Shown: in pieces, positions 50,605-62,558 of the stretch
Layout: every line of letters starts with the position of its first letter
How positions within the stretch are numbered: position 1 is the first letter of the stretch
From: Dimorphilus gyrociliatus
Taxonomy: Eukaryota; Animalia; Annelida
Reading direction: 5' to 3'
NCBI GenBank assembly: GCA_904063045.1
Contig: CAJFCJ010000028.1
Location: forward strand, 1-64,000
Length of the DNA: 64,000 nt
Notes under the pieces: generated by a model
Databases searched by the model: none
What the model was told of the DNA's origin: nothing
What the model saw: the letters and a program-made list of their open reading frames with translations, nothing else
Made by a program: the position numbers and the translations under genes

Positions 50605-53260
50605 ATGGAGGATGGTCTAATTCGTTTAATTAATCATCTAAGTAAATTATTCTTTTGCTTGTTTCTATAATTGGGATAAATCCATTTCTTTTCTAGATAC
50701 TGAGGTATTAATTTGGAAAAAAAAGGTCAAAGATGAGGAGAATCGTAAAAAAGGTAAATTTTTAAATAGTCTTAAAAATTAGTTATAATATCAATTAAAG
50801 TAACAATGCATATTACAATCTTTCAATAAATTGCAGACTTAATGAGAGAATTTCAAAATCTGGAAAAAGAAATTAAACATAGCGAAACTAAGGTTCAATC
50901 ACTGCTTACCCAAAAAAATATCTTAGTGGATGAAAATAAAAGTTTAATAGATAGATTATCAAGTTATAAGCTATCACTTGAACTCTCCAAAAAACAATGG
51001 GAACATCTTAAACAGCAAATTGCTTTCAAAGCTGAAAGACAGCGTTCTGATGTGTGAGTATTTAGCACTTTATATTTTTCCTTTATAAAAATATTTTATA
51101 AATTAGAGAGGGCTGGTTAGTAAATTTGAACAAGCTAAAAAAAGATCTTGAACTTACAAAAGACAGGAGTCTTCAGATTTTTAGTAAACTCAATTTGAAT
51201 ACTATTCCAGAGCCTTCCAAACTATTGGAAATAATTAAAGAGGAAACGGAAAAGCTAAAAATTTTACGAGATGGTGATATTCGATAATTTCTTATTGAAA
51301 AGACAATAATATTTTCTTATATTTTTTCAGCTTCAAGTAGAGATCAAAATGAGTGGATAAAAACTCAAAGGAAATTGTACATTTAACTATAATCTCTTGA
51401 TATAAGTTTAGTATCGTGGTTTTGTGTTCTTAGGGTCTCTTGCTGGGCAATCTACCGGTTCTCAAAGGTATTCCACAAGTCATATGATGCAGAAAACAAG
51501 GTTAGACTCTTTTTAAGTCGATTCTTCTTTAGATTGTTAAAAATATTAGGAAAACCCGCAAACTCGTTTGGAAAATAACAAAATGGATATAGAACTATTG
51601 TCCTGCTTTCAAAGTGGTTTGTCCTCCTTTAATTTGATATAACTTTATCATTCATTTAAAAAATAGATCAGAATATTGAAAAGCAAATGTCAGTTGATAG
51701 AGGTAAGTTGCAAACACTCTAAAACATTTGACAGCACTCGCTCAACAAAAATGTCATAATTATTAGAAAATAGTGATAAAGAGAAAGAAATACAAACATC
51801 TGAAAATCAAGAAACTGTCTTTAAAAAGGGTTATAATTATAAAATATAGTCAAGTTTTTGCATTAACTAATCTCTGAAATTTTATGAATTTAAGATGAGT
51901 GGGTAGGAGTCTCGTCTTCAGTGAAACCAGGCCTACAATCAGGTTAGTTATTGTGTCTATCACTTAAATGTTAGATTAAATTAACACAATTCTAACTTTC
52001 CTAAAAGCCGAAAATGATGTTATAAAAATTCCCTGCCAGGAAGATAGTAATGCAAAAACTCAAAGTCTTGAAAATTCTGGAACATTATCAAATTTTCTAA
52101 AACCCTCATTAAAAATGAGTACGTTAAACTGAATCAAACTATGGTGATCAATAAGTTTGTTTATAGGCACTCCAAGCAGACTTTCATCCAAAAACGCTTC
52201 AAGCACATTCAATCAAAAGTCTCCATTTGCTTCATCTAAAAAATACTCATTAAACTCATTAGATGAAAATTACAAAATTCGTGGAAAGTACTCAGAGGCT
52301 CAATCTACCATCGATATGTCCACATCAGAATATTCCAAGTCCAATACTCCTGAAGCTAAAAGCGATTTTAGATTCAATTTCACAGAAGATGAAAAGACTG
52401 ATATTGGCAAAAATTGCTCTGAAAGACAATATTCATACAAAATACCAAAAGGAAAAACCACCCAAGGAAACGTAGGTTAAAAATTGGCAGTTTATTTTTT
52501 TAAGATATTTTTTTAGGATACCTGGGACGTACCCACGCTGTCATTTAGCAGCCCAGGAAGGGAAAGCTCACTTACTTCTATACGGCTTCAACCCAACACT
52601 CCCAGAAAGCAGTCCCCGTTTAAAAATGTATGTATGACATAGGCTAATAATTCTTTTATTAATTTATAATTATAGCTGAATGGGAGATCTGGTGATAAAT
52701 ATGAGTCGCCAAGATATGAAGAACTTCGAAATAAACAAGCTTTAGAGAGGCAGAGCAGTCCACACTTTTCAGAATCTCCTATGAAAATTGCAAAAAAGCA
52801 AAAAGGAGGTAGATTTGACTTCACCAACCTCATAAAAACCTGTTCACCCATGCAAAGAAATGTAGTAGACAATGATATCACTTCAAACCAGCTCAGTACC
52901 TCAGATATAGATCTGACGATAAAACTGTGTGAAAAAATCTCATCTCCATTTACACCTAAGAGTTCCCGAACCCCGTTAGAAAGTAAATTAACAAGCCCTA
53001 CTACAAACCCAACTGAAAAGACGGAAAGTCTTGATTTCAATTCAAAAGCAGAGGTTAAATAAAATTCATTATAAATTATATATAAAAAAACTTAGTTCGG
53101 TATTGCTTTCCAGGATATGGACACTGCTTTTAATTTTTTGGATCAACGACTTCCTAAAAATGATATTACTGTGGAGAACAATAAATCTTTGTTTGACTTT
53201 AGTGACACTCCCGCTGAGAAAAAGACAAATGATGAATTTCATTTCACTTTTCAAGACTAA
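50605..53260 (+). CDS. Coiled-coil protein with a disordered S/T-P-rich, Phe-cluster C-terminus; probable SIX6OS1 (C14orf39)-like synaptonemal complex protein; many small exons
   Basis: Spliced N-terminus MEDGLIRLINHLNTEVLIWKKK...SYKLSLELSKKQWEHLKQQIAFKAERQRSDVEGW; tail FRFNF, RFDF, FNFL, LFDF, EFHFTFQD*. The CDS is well supported; the family assignment is inference. Confidence 0.72.
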
Positions 53261-53339
53261 TAATTCGATTATTATTATTAAATTTTTGGTTAATTTCATT
53301 ACACCTGCAAGTTGTTAGTTCTAATTAGAGAAAAATCGT

Positions 53340-54863
53340 TCAATAGAATTTCTTTTTCTTAGTTCTTTTAACATTAGTCGCCAAGTTATGATTAATTCCG
53401 TTTGCTCTCCGCTTGTCTTCTTTTAATATTAGTTCTTTCTGTTTGTGAACGTTATTAGCACGGGGTTTTGCTTTTGCTTTTGGTTGAGCAGATTGGTTAG
53501 TTATCAAGTCAACAATTCTAATGGTTAGTTTTATGCAAATAAACGTAATTAAAACTAGAAAGGAGAAACTTAATAACAAGATAAAATAATCCACAAAAGT
53601 CAATCTGAAGATTACGCTTCCAGCATGTGAAAATTCTTTCCGTAAATGCCGACTCCCAAATTCCATTGCATGGTCTATCCAAAATAGAGCTGCCCTAGAA
53701 GGAGAAGGCATAGCATTTATCCTCTCTGAGCAAATTTTACTTGCTTTTTTTGCTTTCTTAAAAGAACCAAGAACACTAAAAGCGTATTCAACTTCGATTA
53801 GATTGATATCGTCCAATAAGATTATATTTGATTTTTTATAATAGGAATTGATATGACTGTAAGTTTCAAAATTTTGAGCAACAACTATAGTTGGTATTCC
53901 AAATGCAGTAGCCATTTGGTGATAATATAATGAATCAACAGACAAGACTACGGCAATTTCCTGAGAATGAGCAAATAATTCGTGTAGAGGTAAATAATCA
54001 CTTATTAAAACATTATCAGGTTTTTCATTTATCTGCCCCCGATACTCGACGATTATGCCAAATGACATCATTCTAAATATATTGAACAGAGATGTAATTT
54101 GCTCTTTGGTGGGTTTGCGCTTATACAAAACAATGATGGATTTTTTCCACTTCTTTAGGAACATACCAATTTCTGGACGTAAAATTCCTTTTGTTTTTTT
54201 TCGCATCAAATTTAAATGAATTATATGTGGAGATAATGGGTAATATTTTGAAGAACAAACAATATCAGTATTAATCATATGTAAGTCAGCCACATCAGTT
54301 GAATCCAGCTTGGAATTGTACATAAATTTCAAAAGAATCCGCTGAAGTGATTCAATGATAAAACCGCCATCAATTATGGAATATTGTAAATCAACAGAAC
54401 TAAAATCAGAGTGTAACATGGAATATCGAATGTTTAAGCTTTTAGCTATGTTTTTCAAGCATATAGCCTCTCTTCGACCGTCGATAATAGCATAATTAAA
54501 TTTCTTTTCTTTTAGGTTTTCAAGCATGTCCGATTTTAGAAATTCTTCACATATTTTGTTTTGTTTTGCAAACGCTCGTTCGAAAAAAGTCAAATATTGG
54601 TAGAAATTTGGAGATGGTACTATAGAATCCAGTCCTCCTTGAATTTTCGCGGGTAATTTATACAAAACATGAGGCATCTGCAAATCTCCTAAGAGAACTG
54701 CATGCTTTGATGATGATAAAGTCAATACCTCATGTCCACCGACAGCGAGAGTATCGGAAAGAGGAGCGAAACTTCTTATTCTCTCGCTGTCGTCAGATGG
54801 CAGTAAGAGGATCTTTGAAGAAAAGGCGTTGGCAATCAAACTACAAAAGAGAAGAATATGCAT
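53340..54863 (-). CDS. UDP-glucuronosyltransferase-like type I ER membrane protein, intronless CDS, catalytic residues degenerate
   Basis: Signal peptide + KILLLP...GHEVLTL, AALFWIDHAMEFGSRHLR, a C-terminal TM and a KKKKFY (KKxx) end. 507 aa uninterrupted. Confidence 0.85.
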   Translation of the reverse strand: MHILLFCSLIANAFSSKILLLPSDDSERIRSFAPLSDTLAVGGHEVLTLSSSKHAVLLGDLQMPHVLYKLPAKIQGGLDSIVPSPNFYQYLTFFERAFAKQNKICEEFLKSDMLENLKEKKFNYAIIDGRREAICLKNIAKSLNIRYSMLHSDFSSVDLQYSIIDGGFIIESLQRILLKFMYNSKLDSTDVADLHMINTDIVCSSKYYPLSPHIIHLNLMRKKTKGILRPEIGMFLKKWKKSIIVLYKRKPTKEQITSLFNIFRMMSFGIIVEYRGQINEKPDNVLISDYLPLHELFAHSQEIAVVLSVDSLYYHQMATAFGIPTIVVAQNFETYSHINSYYKKSNIILLDDINLIEVEYAFSVLGSFKKAKKASKICSERINAMPSPSRAALFWIDHAMEFGSRHLRKEFSHAGSVIFRLTFVDYFILLLSFSFLVLITFICIKLTIRIVDLITNQSAQPKAKAKPRANNVHKQKELILKEDKRRANGINHNLATNVKRTKKKKFY

Positions 54864-55179
54864 AATGATCTCCTTGTGTTCTAAGATGTAAAATCGGCTA
54901 TATGAAAGCTTTCAGAAAAAGTCGACAAGTAATAAAAACGTTCATTAGATATTCCACCGGCTCTTCGCTTGAAGACCCACACCGGATATGGTTACGGCGG
55001 AAGAGTCGAAAGTTAAACCCCAGTCGTGAGTAGCGCCATCTGTATTGAAGTTATTGAACATAATAGTAGAGCACCAGTCCAAGTTAGGCAGTTTTATAAT
55101 GAACAAACGGTCAAAAATACATGACACAAAAACATGTTTACAATGTCAGACATTTGGATTATTTTATCAGCTTTTCAAA

Positions 55180-58100
55180 TTAAGCATAACATTCCAGATC
55201 TCTTGCATTTTGTTTAACGAAGGCAATTGCAGATAATTCCTTGCAAAACTCTTCTAATAAAATAATAGTTAGAGCAAGTTGATTATTCGGTCCGCTGAAA
55301 AAAGATGGAAAGAGCTTTTATTAAAAGAATGAAATGATATTAACAAGTTTTTAAGAAAATTAAGAGTGGATAGATTGTTAGCCATCTTCAAAAGAACCGT
55401 AACCAAATTAGGAAATAGAAACTGTTGTTTTGATATTAGCAGAACCAAAATTATACTCACGATGATACTAAACGATTTGTGGCCACTCTGCATACATAAA
55501 ATTTACTTAAAATTATATTTATTAACTATTGACTTTAATGATAATTAGATGTTTTAATTAAAAAGCAGAGACATATTTTGACGGCCTGTAATGGATCTTA
55601 ATTTATGCTAACAACGTTATTAAAATACTAGTTTTTATAGCTATCCTTTGAATGGAATAAAGCCAGATCACTTTTGGATATATTGTTGTTAGGAAAAATA
55701 GAAACATACTTTTTCAAGGGAGTGTTTTGAGTCCCCATTAAGTCCGATCTTGTTTTTTCAAGTGTTTTACAGAAGTCAGGGGGGCAGCGTACTTTCACAT
55801 CTTCTATTATCTGTCATGTTATTTTAGATAAATTACTCAGAAATAAATTCCTTTTTATCATTCTAAACCTTTTTTAGCACTGTATAATAAGATCTGGCGC
55901 CGATTGTCAGATTTGTCAAAGAAGAAATTAGCAGTTCGTCAATCAGAACATGGGGAATAAGACCCAATCTCGATGCAACCAAAGTAACTTGTAAATTAAC
56001 CGCATAACTCTGAAGAGGAGCATGTGAGAAATAACTGATAATATATGCATATGTAGAAGGAATAAAAACCTGTGTCAAAGTCCTACTTAGTTTATCTAAC
56101 AAAACTTGTAGGAAATCAGATTCTTTATAACCTCTCTCTATTGAATTAACAATGTCGACATCCTGAGGAGTTTTCGGCCATGGTTTGGCTAAACACTGAG
56201 ATTTAATCAACGAATACTGAAAATTTATCTTGCTTTTAATGAAACGTTTTAAGAAAAATTATGCTTTAAAAACCTGTGTTTGAGCATCTTGGATATACGC
56301 ATCAAAAGCACAATCAGAATTAGCAATAGAACTTTGAAGTTCTTCCGGTATTAGATTTAGATAGCTGCGCAGATAGAATCAACAATAAAGATAAGCTATT
56401 GTTTTTGATAAGATTACCTGCAAACTGTGTTATGCAGCGAAAATCGATCGTCATCGTCGTCTTCATCTTCAATAACTAAATGAGAAGTTGCCTTCTCTAG
56501 TTCTTCACTGCTTTCTTTATCCTCTTCAGCTTCATCGATGCTACTGTATTTTTCAGTTTCTCCATTAATTTTAACAGCTGGCGGAATCACATAAAGTCTT
56601 TGTTTGAGGCAGTCAAGTATCAAAATATCAAGCACAGTGTCAGAACACTTCATGATTAAAGTCTCAAAAACTTTAAGAGTTATTATAGTAAGCTGGAATA
56701 ATAAAGATAAGCTACGTCAACATATTTACTTTACGCAGCAGCCTACCTCGTCGCAAACATGATTACATCTCACCAGCAAAAACTTATATAATGTATTCTC
56801 ATGATTGGCTCCTTTTGCAGAATTTAGATTAAATATAAATGAAATGAGCGCTGAAAAATATGTCAGTTTTACTGTCTAAATAACAAAAATATTCTAATAT
56901 AGACTTTGCAAGAGTATAGGAGAAGATATCACTTGTATAAACCTAATCAGCAGACACGTAGCTGTTATAGCTTTCTGTTCACAACTAAAAATATTGTACA
57001 TAGTCTGATTATTAATTTAAGTTTTAAAATATTGCACTCTTACGCTTGCAAAAATGCTGGAAGAAAAGTTCCCTTGAAAAAAATTGAGCTAATAGCTGAG
57101 GCTAAAGCTTGAGCAACAGATGGCTGAGCAGAGGCAATCAGACGGTCAGCGTAATCTAACCAAGAGAGAAAATCTACTAGCACTTGTTTACCCTTGAAGT
57201 GATGTTCGTTGGCTTGTGATCCACGCAATCTGATAGGTTATAGAAAGGAGACATAAAAATAAATTTGACCAAATAAAAACCCTACCCCCAAGCTACATAA
57301 ATATGCTCGACATCAGCAGGATCAAGTATATCTGGTATTTTATTATACTGTGTAACAAGTAGATGAGTCAGAGTTTCACAGAATTTTGTATGCTTTATTA
57401 AAGCCTTTGTGCAAGATATGTGTGCTACGCTGGAAATTAAGAATAATCCTTCGCACGCTTTTACAACAACACGAGAATCCTGAAATAGAGATATTAAAAC
57501 TATAAAGCATAAATCAAGGGAAAAAATGATATTACCGGGCTCTGAAGTAACAGCAGTAGTGAGTCAACAAGTGGAAAGGACACCTGATTTTCAAAATTAT
57601 CATTAGACGATTCACTTTCAGTTCCATTGACGTTTGAGCAAAGAGTGTAAGATCCCTGAAAAATAAACAGACTATAGCGATATAGCTAATAGAGAAATAT
57701 CTTCTAACTTGAATAAACAAAGGAGCCAGATTCGGGAATAACATAAACTTTGAGCAAACTGTTGATAGGAAGGCCACTTCGTCAGTCTCAGTAGGTGCCG
57801 CTAATGTTTCTCCGCATAATATTATTAACTTCTGCAATTAATATTTATTTGAAATTAGGTAAATTCAGTAAATAATGCAATTAGCCTCACGTTGATAGGA
57901 TGATAAACATTAACTTGGGGCAGCAATTGATGTTTATGCTTTTGCAAAAGTTTTGTGCAAAACTGTAGCACTGCTTGTTTCATACCAGGGGGAACCTGTT
58001 TAAAAATAATGTGAATTCGACAAACACGTTGTTAGCATAATTTACATCAGTTTTCCCAAGAGTAGACAGTGTAAGCAGAACTTTATCTTGCAGTAAATAT

Positions 58101-58448
58101 TCCAAACAAGGCCCTGTTGATGAATCGCCCCCATCCTCTTCTAAAAGAAGAGAAAGCATGCGATCCAAGCATGATGGAATATGAGTTTGTTCTATGGAAA
58201 CTTTGTGAACTGCGAATTATTTTTAGCTATATTATAAGGCTAAGTTTTATATTATAAATAAAAACCTTGAGTAGATACGTAGTATGAATTTATCTGCCTC
58301 ATACTTTTGATAAATTCTTGAACAGTTGTGGGTTTTGGAGATGAAGACATCTTTAAAGATCAAAAACTATATACTTTTGGCAGTTACGTAAAAATGAACT
58401 TACCGTTTCAACAGCATTATGCAATGCCCTACTAAATCTCTGAAACAT
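55180..58448 (-). CDS. FHIP2: FHF complex subunit HOOK-interacting protein 2 (FAM160B), multi-exon
   Basis: MFQRFSRALHNAVET, GPCLEYLLQDKVL, FLSWLDYADRL, YAVNLQVT and C-terminal LLEEFCKELSAIAFVK, stop at 55180-55182. Confidence 0.92.
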
Positions 58449-59108
58449 CTTTGCAAAAATTAAACACGCATATTAGGAGAAACGCAATAATATGATTGTG
58501 TTGGATTATCAATCCGTTTTTATCGATAATCTATAAGAACATCTGGAAAGAAACAAACTCAGAATAGTTCCTCTGCTAACCGTTATTCGCAGCGCTACTG
58601 GTAAAACTAAAAGATGAGCGGAGTTGTCCTCTTTTTTATAAATAGGTATATTGTACATCTGTTATGTCCAATCACTTTTCTACCTTTTTTGTATAGTTCC
58701 TATATTTCGACTTTATAAGCAACTATAACCAACTTAAAGGTAAAGCAGGCAATATATAAGCTTATATCAACAATCTTTATATAATGTAAAGATGATAATT
58801 AAATTTCAAATAAAGCTATAAAAACCATGATTTAATCTTCAAATGTACGATTTGGTTTTGAGCGATAAATAGTTAATAGGCGGTTTTCCTGACAAAAAAG
58901 GCTGTAACATCTGACTTCATCTCTTCGAACTTTTTACAATCTCATTTTACATTGATAAAAATAAGTGCCATTTTTTATAATAGTGCTGGGATCTCATAAC
59001 TATTGTTCATTTTTTAAATATCTATATTAGAAAAATAATTTAAGCTTTTTTCTCTTTTAGGAGGTTTAAGCTGTTTTTCATCAACAAAGAGCTGATAGTC
59101 TTTTCAAT
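58449..59108. promoter_or_regulatory. Bidirectional promoter region, FHIP2 / EXOC3
   Basis: Divergent ATGs about 660 bp apart; TATCGATA at 58521. Confidence 0.45.
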
Positions 59109-62100
59109 ATGCTCAACAAAGTAAGTAGAAGGTCAGATATGTAAGAAAAAACTTAAGAAATTAAAAAATTTTTTAAATTAATTATTTCTAGTCATCTTAT
59201 CAAAATGAGCTGGATTCAATTGAAAGACAAGCTCGTGGTAACGCCAAGAAAACGCTTTCTGAGTTACTTCGGCTGCCAGAGAATCTAGAAAAAGTGGAAT
59301 TTCATAGGGAAACGGTTGCACAGAAAAAGGTATTATCTGAAAATTAACAAATTAAATCTTATAATAGCTGTTGTTCACATCTTATGTACAGAGTTCTGTA
59401 GAAGCAATGCTGAAATCTGCTGTTGAGTCAAATTTAGACGGTGTAAAAACTGGTTTGACTCAGCTCTCAAAAGCTCAGAATGATATAATGGCTATAAGAG
59501 ATAATCTGAAAGAAATTGCGAAAATTTTCGGTGATGTTAAAGAAGCTAGTAGAAAGTTAGAAAAAGTTAAAGAAGAAAATTCTCGACATTCTCTTTTAGC
59601 AACAGCAGTTGATAACGTAAAATATATATTTAATGTCCCTGAATGCGTGAAATCATGTCAGAAAGCTATTGATGAAAGTCGATTGCTTCAGGCTCATAAA
59701 TTGTGAATATAGAAACATCAATTTAATTTAGCATAACTAAATTTCTTTTTGCAGATTATGTGATTTGGAGACGTCACGAAACGATCTTCTTTTAGAATTA
59801 CATAATCATCAAACAGAATCTTCAACTGAACAATTCAAGGTATAGTTTCTATCTTCAAAGGAAAAGGTTTTTTATCGTTCTGTATTTCTTTCTCAGAGAG
59901 TCAGAAATTATTTTGAACAAGTTCAAAATTTAAGAGGATCGTTGGAAAAGCAATTATTTATGATATTGTCGCGAGTTCTAGATGGTGTTAAAAAAGAACC
60001 TAAGATGATAGTAAACGTTTTGAGGATTATTGAGAGAGAACAAATGTAAATTATCCTTTTCTATTTTATCAAAGTAGTGCTAAAATATTCCCTTTTAGGG
60101 CTGATAATTTATTTATATCACAATACGACACCTATGGCTTCCTACCACCCGGTAGACCTTTAAAATGGCGAAATAGGTGTTTCGAAACCCTTCAGAAAAC
60201 AGTTTCAGAAAGGTAAAATATGGAATTTGAATTGAATTCCATCCGAATGCTTACTTTTGTATTTGAAATAGAATATCAGCAAATCAAGCAGCCGACAGAT
60301 CACAAGAGTCGAGATGGATTACTATAAATTTAGAACATATTCGACAGGCCACATTAAATGATTTAAGAACTGTTAATGTAACTATTAAAAGAGTAATATT
60401 AATTTTTATAGAGTTTTAATGATGTATTCTTAAACATTTAGATGCACTGCCAGCATACTTTTCCTCCAGTTTATAAAATACAAACTAGATTTCTTCAAAT
60501 GTACCATGAAGCAATTTCCAAACACGTGAGCTCTATTTTATGGATATATTAAGTTTTTCATATATAATTTATATTTAAATAGTTAGAAGAATTAATTGAT
60601 AAAGACTTGACCACTAGAGAAGAAATTTTCGAAATTTTATCTTGGGAATCTGAATATTATTCCGAAGGGTTAATGAAACATTCAACTCTAAGTTTTGATC
60701 TCACTGGTTTAAAACCTCTAATATCTGAAAAGCTTAAGTTAGACTTAAAGGACAAGTACATTCGTTTAACAAAAACGGAGTTGACAAATTATCTGAATAA
60801 CACTTTACGCTTGGAGAAAGGGGTATAGTTTTATTAGGTTTAACTCACTGAATATTTCAAGTTAACTTTCTCCTACAAAAGGAATGGATAGATAATTCTA
60901 AAGAACCCAGTTCAGACTCTGAAGGACATTTCAAGACAGAGCTACCCTATTTAATATCATCGTATTGTGAGAGAACAGTAAGTGAAATTTCCCACGATAT
61001 ATAGGCGTTTAAGTAACCTCCTCATAGATGAATGAAGCAAAGAGTATTTCGGACGACCTAGCGACAGAAGTTATGAACATTTGGGCGGAAGAAATGGAAC
61101 ATTTCCACCGTTCATATTTAGGTTTATATCTTATATATCAAAAGTTCTATCATATCATATTAATTTTCACAGCCGCCCTGAAAGACTTCAAAGATAATCA
61201 TACAGGAAATAGGCAAAAATATAGCTTTTATGTGCAACAAATTATAGCCAATGCCAACAGTTGCGAAAGTATAGAACAGGTTTGTTTGTCAATAAATTGC
61301 ATTAATATTTATAATGTAATCTTTAGTATGCTTATTTTTTCTTGTCTTCAGTGTCTAATAGGACATCGGCGAAGGTTCACTCCATCGAAGACTTACTCTC
61401 TAGAAGATAGCAAGTTGGACAAAGCAATGGTTAATTATAAGGCCTTATCTAAAACACTTTGTAAGGACTATCTTATGGAAGAATTAGCTGAAGATATAAA
61501 ACAATATAAGTCAGTATTATTTACTGCTAAGTGGATTGGATCAAATGAAGTTATGCAAACAATCAATGCCACAATAGAGGATTATAATAATGATTTCAGA
61601 CACTTAAATGATGATTTACATTTATATTTGATGTCTGAAATTAAACGTGATATTCAAACATTTTACTATAGAAGCATGTTTTCACCGTAAGCTACAATTT
61701 TAAATACAAAATACCAAATAAATATTAACACCATTTCTTTTCTCTACAGTAAAATAGCGTTCAAATCTCCAGAGCAAAGAAAGCAAGTCTGTGATCAAAT
61801 TCAGATTGAGATATCATCAACATTGATTCTGTTTAATAAAATCTGTCCTAGATGTGTCAATGTAAGTATAAAATTTACTAATTACATGCTGTCCTTACCT
61901 AAATATTATCTTTTGGATTTTAGGAGAATGATCCTTTCTCAGAAACTATTGTCAAGTACATTTTGGAGCCTATTATAATGACAGACACAGAACTTTTATC
62001 TATGGCTTTAGAATTAATAAAAACTCACGTACTAGGTCTAAAACTGGAAAAACTTACTGGTTTCTTAGCAATGAGAGAGGATTTGAATAAGAGTGCTGCC

Positions 62101-62247
62101 GAGGCAGTAAGTATAATTTTTATTCAACATGCGAAACAAATATCATTGTTTTACTTTTTGCAGAAAATAAAGGAAATTATAGAGGATAGCGCCGGAAAAA
62201 CTGATGACAAATATCTGAACACAGATAATTTCTTCTCCAAAATCTAA
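59109..62247 (+). CDS. EXOC3: Exocyst complex component 3 (Sec6), multi-exon
   Basis: LRLPENLEKVE...KKSSVEAMLKSAVESNLDGVKTGL, LLQAHK, RIIEREQ, PPGRPLKWR and TINATIEDYNNDF. The start exon ATGCTCAACAAA|GTAAGT is in phase. Confidence 0.93.
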
Positions 62248-62558
62248 ATTTTCCAAACTGTTATCACTCTTTATATTTTTGAAAGGCCATCTATTTATTC
62301 TCATTAAATGTTTTAAATTTTATATTTGTAATCATGAATGAGCAAATCTTTAGTTGCTTCGCTTTTTCAATATTAAATTATTGTTAACTTTCAATTAAAA
62401 TGAATAACGAATGTACAATTAGAACTTTTATTTGTTCAAAAATAAATTTCAATAAAGAATTCTACAAATATAAAAATATAAGAGAATACTGAATAAATCT
62501 ATTATTTAAAATCAATCGAGTAATATTTAGAAATCATTAGCAATTAGGGGAGAATTTA

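Noticed and set aside
54945-55127. 60-aa minus-strand ORF as an FHIP2 extension or separate gene
   Set aside because: FHIP2 stops at 55180; this ORF has no motif and overlaps a promoter-like patch.
55710-55740. Apparent premature stop in the penultimate FHIP2 exon
   Set aside because: A recount of the G run (ATGGGGACT) shows the frame is open and splices in phase 2 to the last exon.
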